Assembly: GCF_004010195.1 (NCBI RefSeq)
Contig: NC_057718.1
Location: forward strand, 94,248,209 to 94,300,360
Source: Chiloscyllium plagiosum
Lineage: Eukaryota
Direction of reading: 5' to 3'
DNA length: 52,152 nucleotides
Each line of letters opens with the position of its first letter. The first letter of the stretch is position 1. Shown here piece by piece: positions 48,040 through 52,152 of this stretch. The position numbers and the translations under genes are program-made. The notes beneath the pieces were generated by a model, which was not told the DNA's origin, searched no databases, and was given only the letters and a program-made list of their open reading frames with translations.

Positions 48040-49226
48040 AATTCAGTTTTGTGGGATGTGGGGTGCGGGATGTGGCTAGGCCAGTGTTTATTGCCCGTCC
48101 CTTGAGAAGGTAGTGGTGTGCTGCAGTCCATCTGCTGTGGGTTGACTCACAATGCCCTTGGGGAGGGAATTCCAGGATTTTGACCCAGCAACAAAGATGG
48201 TGATGTTCCCATATATCTGCTGCCCTTGTCCTTCGAGATAGAAGTGGTCATGGGTTTGAAAGGTGCTGTCTGAGGATCCTTGGTGAATTTCTGCAGTGCA
48301 TCTTGTAGATTAACACACTGCTGTACTGAGCGTCGGTGCTGGAGGAAATGGATATTTGGTGCCAATCAAGTGGGTTGCTTTGTCCTGGATGGTGTCAAGC
48401 TTCTTGAGTGTTGTTGGGGCTGCATTCATTCAGGCAAGTGGGGAGTATTCCATCATATTTCTGACTTGTGTCTTGTAGTTGGTGGACACGCTTTCGGGAG
48501 TCAGGAGGCGAATTATTCGCCATAGCATCCCAAGCCTCTGACTTGCTCTTGTAGCCACTATGTTTTTGTGGTGAGTCCAGTTGAGTTTCTGATCAATGAT
48601 AACTTCCAGGATGTTGATTGTGGGGGATTCAGTGATGAATGTCAAGGGGGGGCATTTAGATAGTCTCTTATTGCTGATGGACATTGGCATTTGTGTGGCA
48701 TGTACGGTATTTGTCACTTGTCAGACCAAGTCTGGATATTGTCCAGATTTTGATTGATTTGAACATGGACTGCTTCAGTGTCTGAGGAGTCACAAATGGT
48801 GCTGAACATTGTACAATCATCGGCGAACATTCCCACTTCTGACCTTATGATGGAGGCAGAGTCAGTGATGAAGCAGCTCAGTATGGTTGAGTCTATGACA
48901 CTACCCTGAGGAACTCCTGCAGAGATGTCCTGGAGCTGAGATGACTGACCTCCAACAACCACGACCATCTTTCTATGTGTCAGGTATGACACGAACCACA
49001 GAAGAGTTTGTCCCCTGATACCCATTGGTTTCAGTTTTGTCAGGGGTCCTTGATACCACACTTGGTCAAATAAAGCCTTGGTGTCAAGGGCTGTCACTCA
49101 CACCTCCCCTCTGGAATTGAGCTCTTTTGTCCATGTTTGAACCAAGGCTGTAATAAAGTCAGGAGCTGAGTGGCCCTGGCGGAACCCAATCTAGGCGTCA
49201 CTGAGCAGGTTATAGCTGAGCAGGTA
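48040..49226 (-). mobile_element. Second-family CR1/L2-group LINE, RT to 3' end (extra tail piece at ~47845-47985)
   Basis: ORF 48714..49097: ALDTKALFDQVWYQG...GVPQGSVI...MFADD. ORF 48430..48717: LEVIIDQKLNW...YKTQVRNMMEYSPLA. Confidence 0.92.
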
Positions 49227-51164
49227 CAAAGAATAAATACAAAATGTTACTTAAATACCAAGTTGGAAGGAAGACATTTCTAAGATGAAAAGCTTAAATA
49301 GCATAGATTAAGACTTTAATCGAATCTCATGCATCAGATTTAAAGTCACAATGCCAATTGAACTTCCCCAAGTCCATTAATACTTTAGCAATGGTTGATT
49401 CATAAGAAAGGTTATTAATGCAGACATCTGTCTCAATCACACAGGCAGATGCATACAAAGGCTAAATATAGTGAAGTAACAGTGCCCAAACCTTAATCAT
49501 TTCCATCACATAACTATTGTTTTAAAAATCTCAGTTAAACTCAATCAGCAAGTTAAATGATCAAACAATAAAACCACTGGGCTTCATCAAATCTGTATTA
49601 GAAGTGATGAATTTAGATTATTTTGTGTACATTTTGTGCTGGAGGAGTTAGCAAGCTGCGTGAATTGTGATATTCAACAAAGTGACCATTCCAAGACTTG
49701 GTCACATTTGAATCCCAGAGCTAGTCGCTACATTTGATTCTGCTGAGTATTAGAGGTGGAGCTTAGTGCAATGCTTTGAATAGGTCACTGAAATAGGTCT
49801 ATTGTCACTGAAGAACAATTCCAGGGACACAGTCAGTTAGAGTTAGAAGATGGATAGAGGCAGAAGCTGACTCCATGCAGACATGTTAAGCCATACGTGC
49901 CTCATGTTATGTTTGGGATGTTAGAATATAAGTTATTATATCGCTGCACAGTCCAAACTTTTACTTTGTCAATACTCATGGCATGTCTCTATGAGTAAGT
50001 TTTGTTTTGTAATAGATTAATTATTCTTTGTTAATAAAGGAAATTGGATTGATTTGTTTCTGAAACTCAACCAGGCATAGCCTGAGACTTCAATAATTGA
50101 CCATACCATCAAAATGGTTCAATGGAATGTTTGTTATGACCAGTGGAGGAGAGAGACTAGAAAGGAATCAGAGCACCTCTTTAACCTCAGTCAGGACATA
50201 GGCAGTAAATGGTGGTAAAAAAATGAAGGAATGAGATCCTCCTGAGTTGAATTTCATACAGACCAACAGCAAACAGGGATTAAATATTTACTCAGAAATA
50301 TGGTTGCTTGCACAGTTTGAGGGAAATGGGCCAACTGCCTGAAAAGGAAGATTGTTTAATCCTTTATTCCCTTAAAAACCAAAATGAGGCTTAGGTTTCT
50401 TTTGTCTAAGGATTTATTCCTACATGCATGGAGATGGACCTATCAAAGATGGCACACAACTCTCCAGTTTACTACAAACAATGGTTTTATACTACTTTTT
50501 ACAGATAATAGTTTTCCATTAAAAACATTCGATATTTCTCTTATTATCTCTTTCCAATATCCATTAGACTCTATATTCCACGTTAGCACATGTGATTATA
50601 TTATCCAATCATATTCAAATTTGTACGTATGGTTACAATATCTAATCAAATTGTTACATGCTCACATGATTATAATATCCAGTCAAATCATTACACCTTC
50701 ACAAGTATTGACTATAAGTATGTACTTTATGATTATTATCTGTTATCATATCATTTAAAGTTGTGTGATGATGAAATGACTTTGGGAAATTTAGGTGTGA
50801 TATGTATATTTTTCGTGAGTGAGGATTGAAATGTGGAATTATATCATTGGTAGAGTTTGGAGATTAAAAAACTGCAAATGGCAGATTTCCTCCCCTCAAG
50901 GATTTAGTGTTTCAAAAATAATTGATGATGGGTTCTGGTCCCCGTTACTGAGAGAGTATATCAATTCCACGTTTTATAAGCAATTAAATGGATTTAATTT
51001 CCAACAGTTTCCAAATGTTTTGAACCTATGCCCCCAAAGCATTAACAAGGCTTCTGCATCACTAACCCAGTAACATTGGCACTGTGCCTTCATGACAGTT
51101 TAAAGTTGCACTAGCTGGATGGTGATTCCAATTTTCCTGAAGAAAGAGGCAAAAGAAGCTACAG

Positions 51165-51898
51165 GGACATAGTTATGCCAGAGAACAGAAGTAGCTGGGT
51201 AACAGTTAGAGATGGGAAGGGGAGGAAGCAGGCAGTGCAGGGATCCCCTGTGGTTGTTCCCCTCAACAATAAGTATACCGCTTTGGATACTGATGGGGGG
51301 GACGGCCTAGCAGGAGTAAGCTGCAGTGACCGGGTCTCTGGCACGAGGTCCGGCTCTGAGGCCCAGAAGAGAAAGGGGGAGAGGTGGAGAGCGCTAGTTA
51401 TAGGAGACTCTATAGTTAGAGGGACAGACAGGCGGATCTGTGGACATGGGCGAGATTCTCGGATGGTTTGTTGCCTCCCTGGTGCCAGGGTCCGAGTCGT
51501 CTCGGACCGTGTCTTCAGAATCCTTAAGGGGGGAGGGTGTGCAGCCAGAAGTTGTGGTGCACATTGGCACCAACGACATAGGTAGGAAGAGGGGTGGGGA
51601 GGTCATTCAGGAGCTCAGGGAGTTAGCCTGGAAGCTAAAAGCTAGGACGGACAGAGTCGTCATCTCTGGGTTGTTGCCGGTGCCACGTGACAGTGAGGCA
51701 AGGAATAGGGAGAGAGTGTAGTTGAACACATGGCTGCAAGGATGGTCTAGGAGGGAGGGCTTCAGGTATTTGGACAATTGGACTGCAGTCTGGGGAAGGT
51801 GGGACCTGTACTAGCAGGACAGGTTGCACCTGAACCAGAAGGGCACCAATATCCTGGGAGGTAGGTTTGCTAGCACTCTTCGGGGGGATTTAAACTAA
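51165..51898 (+). pseudogene. CR1 ORF1 with SGNH/GDSL esterase domain (one frameshift, two premature stops)
   Basis: VPLNNKYTAL; LVIGDSIVRG; CLPGARV; VVVHIGTND; DRLHLN; ends ...LRGDLN* (TAA 51896-51898). Confidence 0.92.
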
Positions 51899-52152
51899 TT
51901 TGGCAGGGGGATGGGATCCGGACTTGTAGTCCAGCAAGTAGGCTAGCTGTTTGTCAGGATGTCCAAGAATGTAGGGAGGCTGTGGGGAAGGTAGCACTGA
52001 CAGGGAATACTTGCGGACACAGAGATGGGTTCAAGTGTGTATACTTCAACGCAAGGAGTATCAGAAATAAGGTGGGTGAACTTAAGGCGTGGATCGGTAC
52101 TTGGGACTACGATGTTGTGGCCATCACAGAAACGTGGATAGAAGAGGGACAG
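51874..52152 (+). mobile_element. Start of CR1 ORF2 (AP-like endonuclease), running off the window end
   Basis: Open frame ...FKCVYFNARSIRNKVGELKAWIGTWDYDVVAITETW, the N and E motifs of LINE endonucleases. Confidence 0.92.

Noticed and set aside
51175..51898. Host GDSL/SGNH esterase gene
   Set aside because: It is intronless, disrupted and directly followed by a LINE endonuclease. An esterase domain is a known feature of CR1-group ORF1.

Overview
Eukaryotic, repeat-dense DNA with no recognisable host gene. It is very likely from an elasmobranch (shark), judged from HE1-type V-SINEs and their partner CR1 (HER1-type) LINEs; there are two assembly gaps. Contents: about 20 decayed CR1 fragments; a second CR1/L2-group LINE family with its own partner SINE; a decayed full-length Gypsy-type LTR retrotransposon (16717-22449, minus strand) with both LTRs, a PPT and the Gmr1-like order gag-PR-IN-RT-RH; a related solo LTR; Penelope-like terminal fragments carrying minimal hammerhead-ribozyme motifs; a 4.6-kb G-rich 20-bp minisatellite that amplified an HE1 SINE into three copies; a 26-bp minisatellite; and several local duplications. 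The most notable signal is at the right end. A CR1 ORF1/ORF2 junction has an in-phase T-TTA-AAC slippery heptamer directly before the ORF1 stop, and an ATG-less ORF2 in the -1 frame, suggesting -1 ribosomal frameshifting in a LINE. All calls were made by eye without database searches, and repeat boundaries are approximate.
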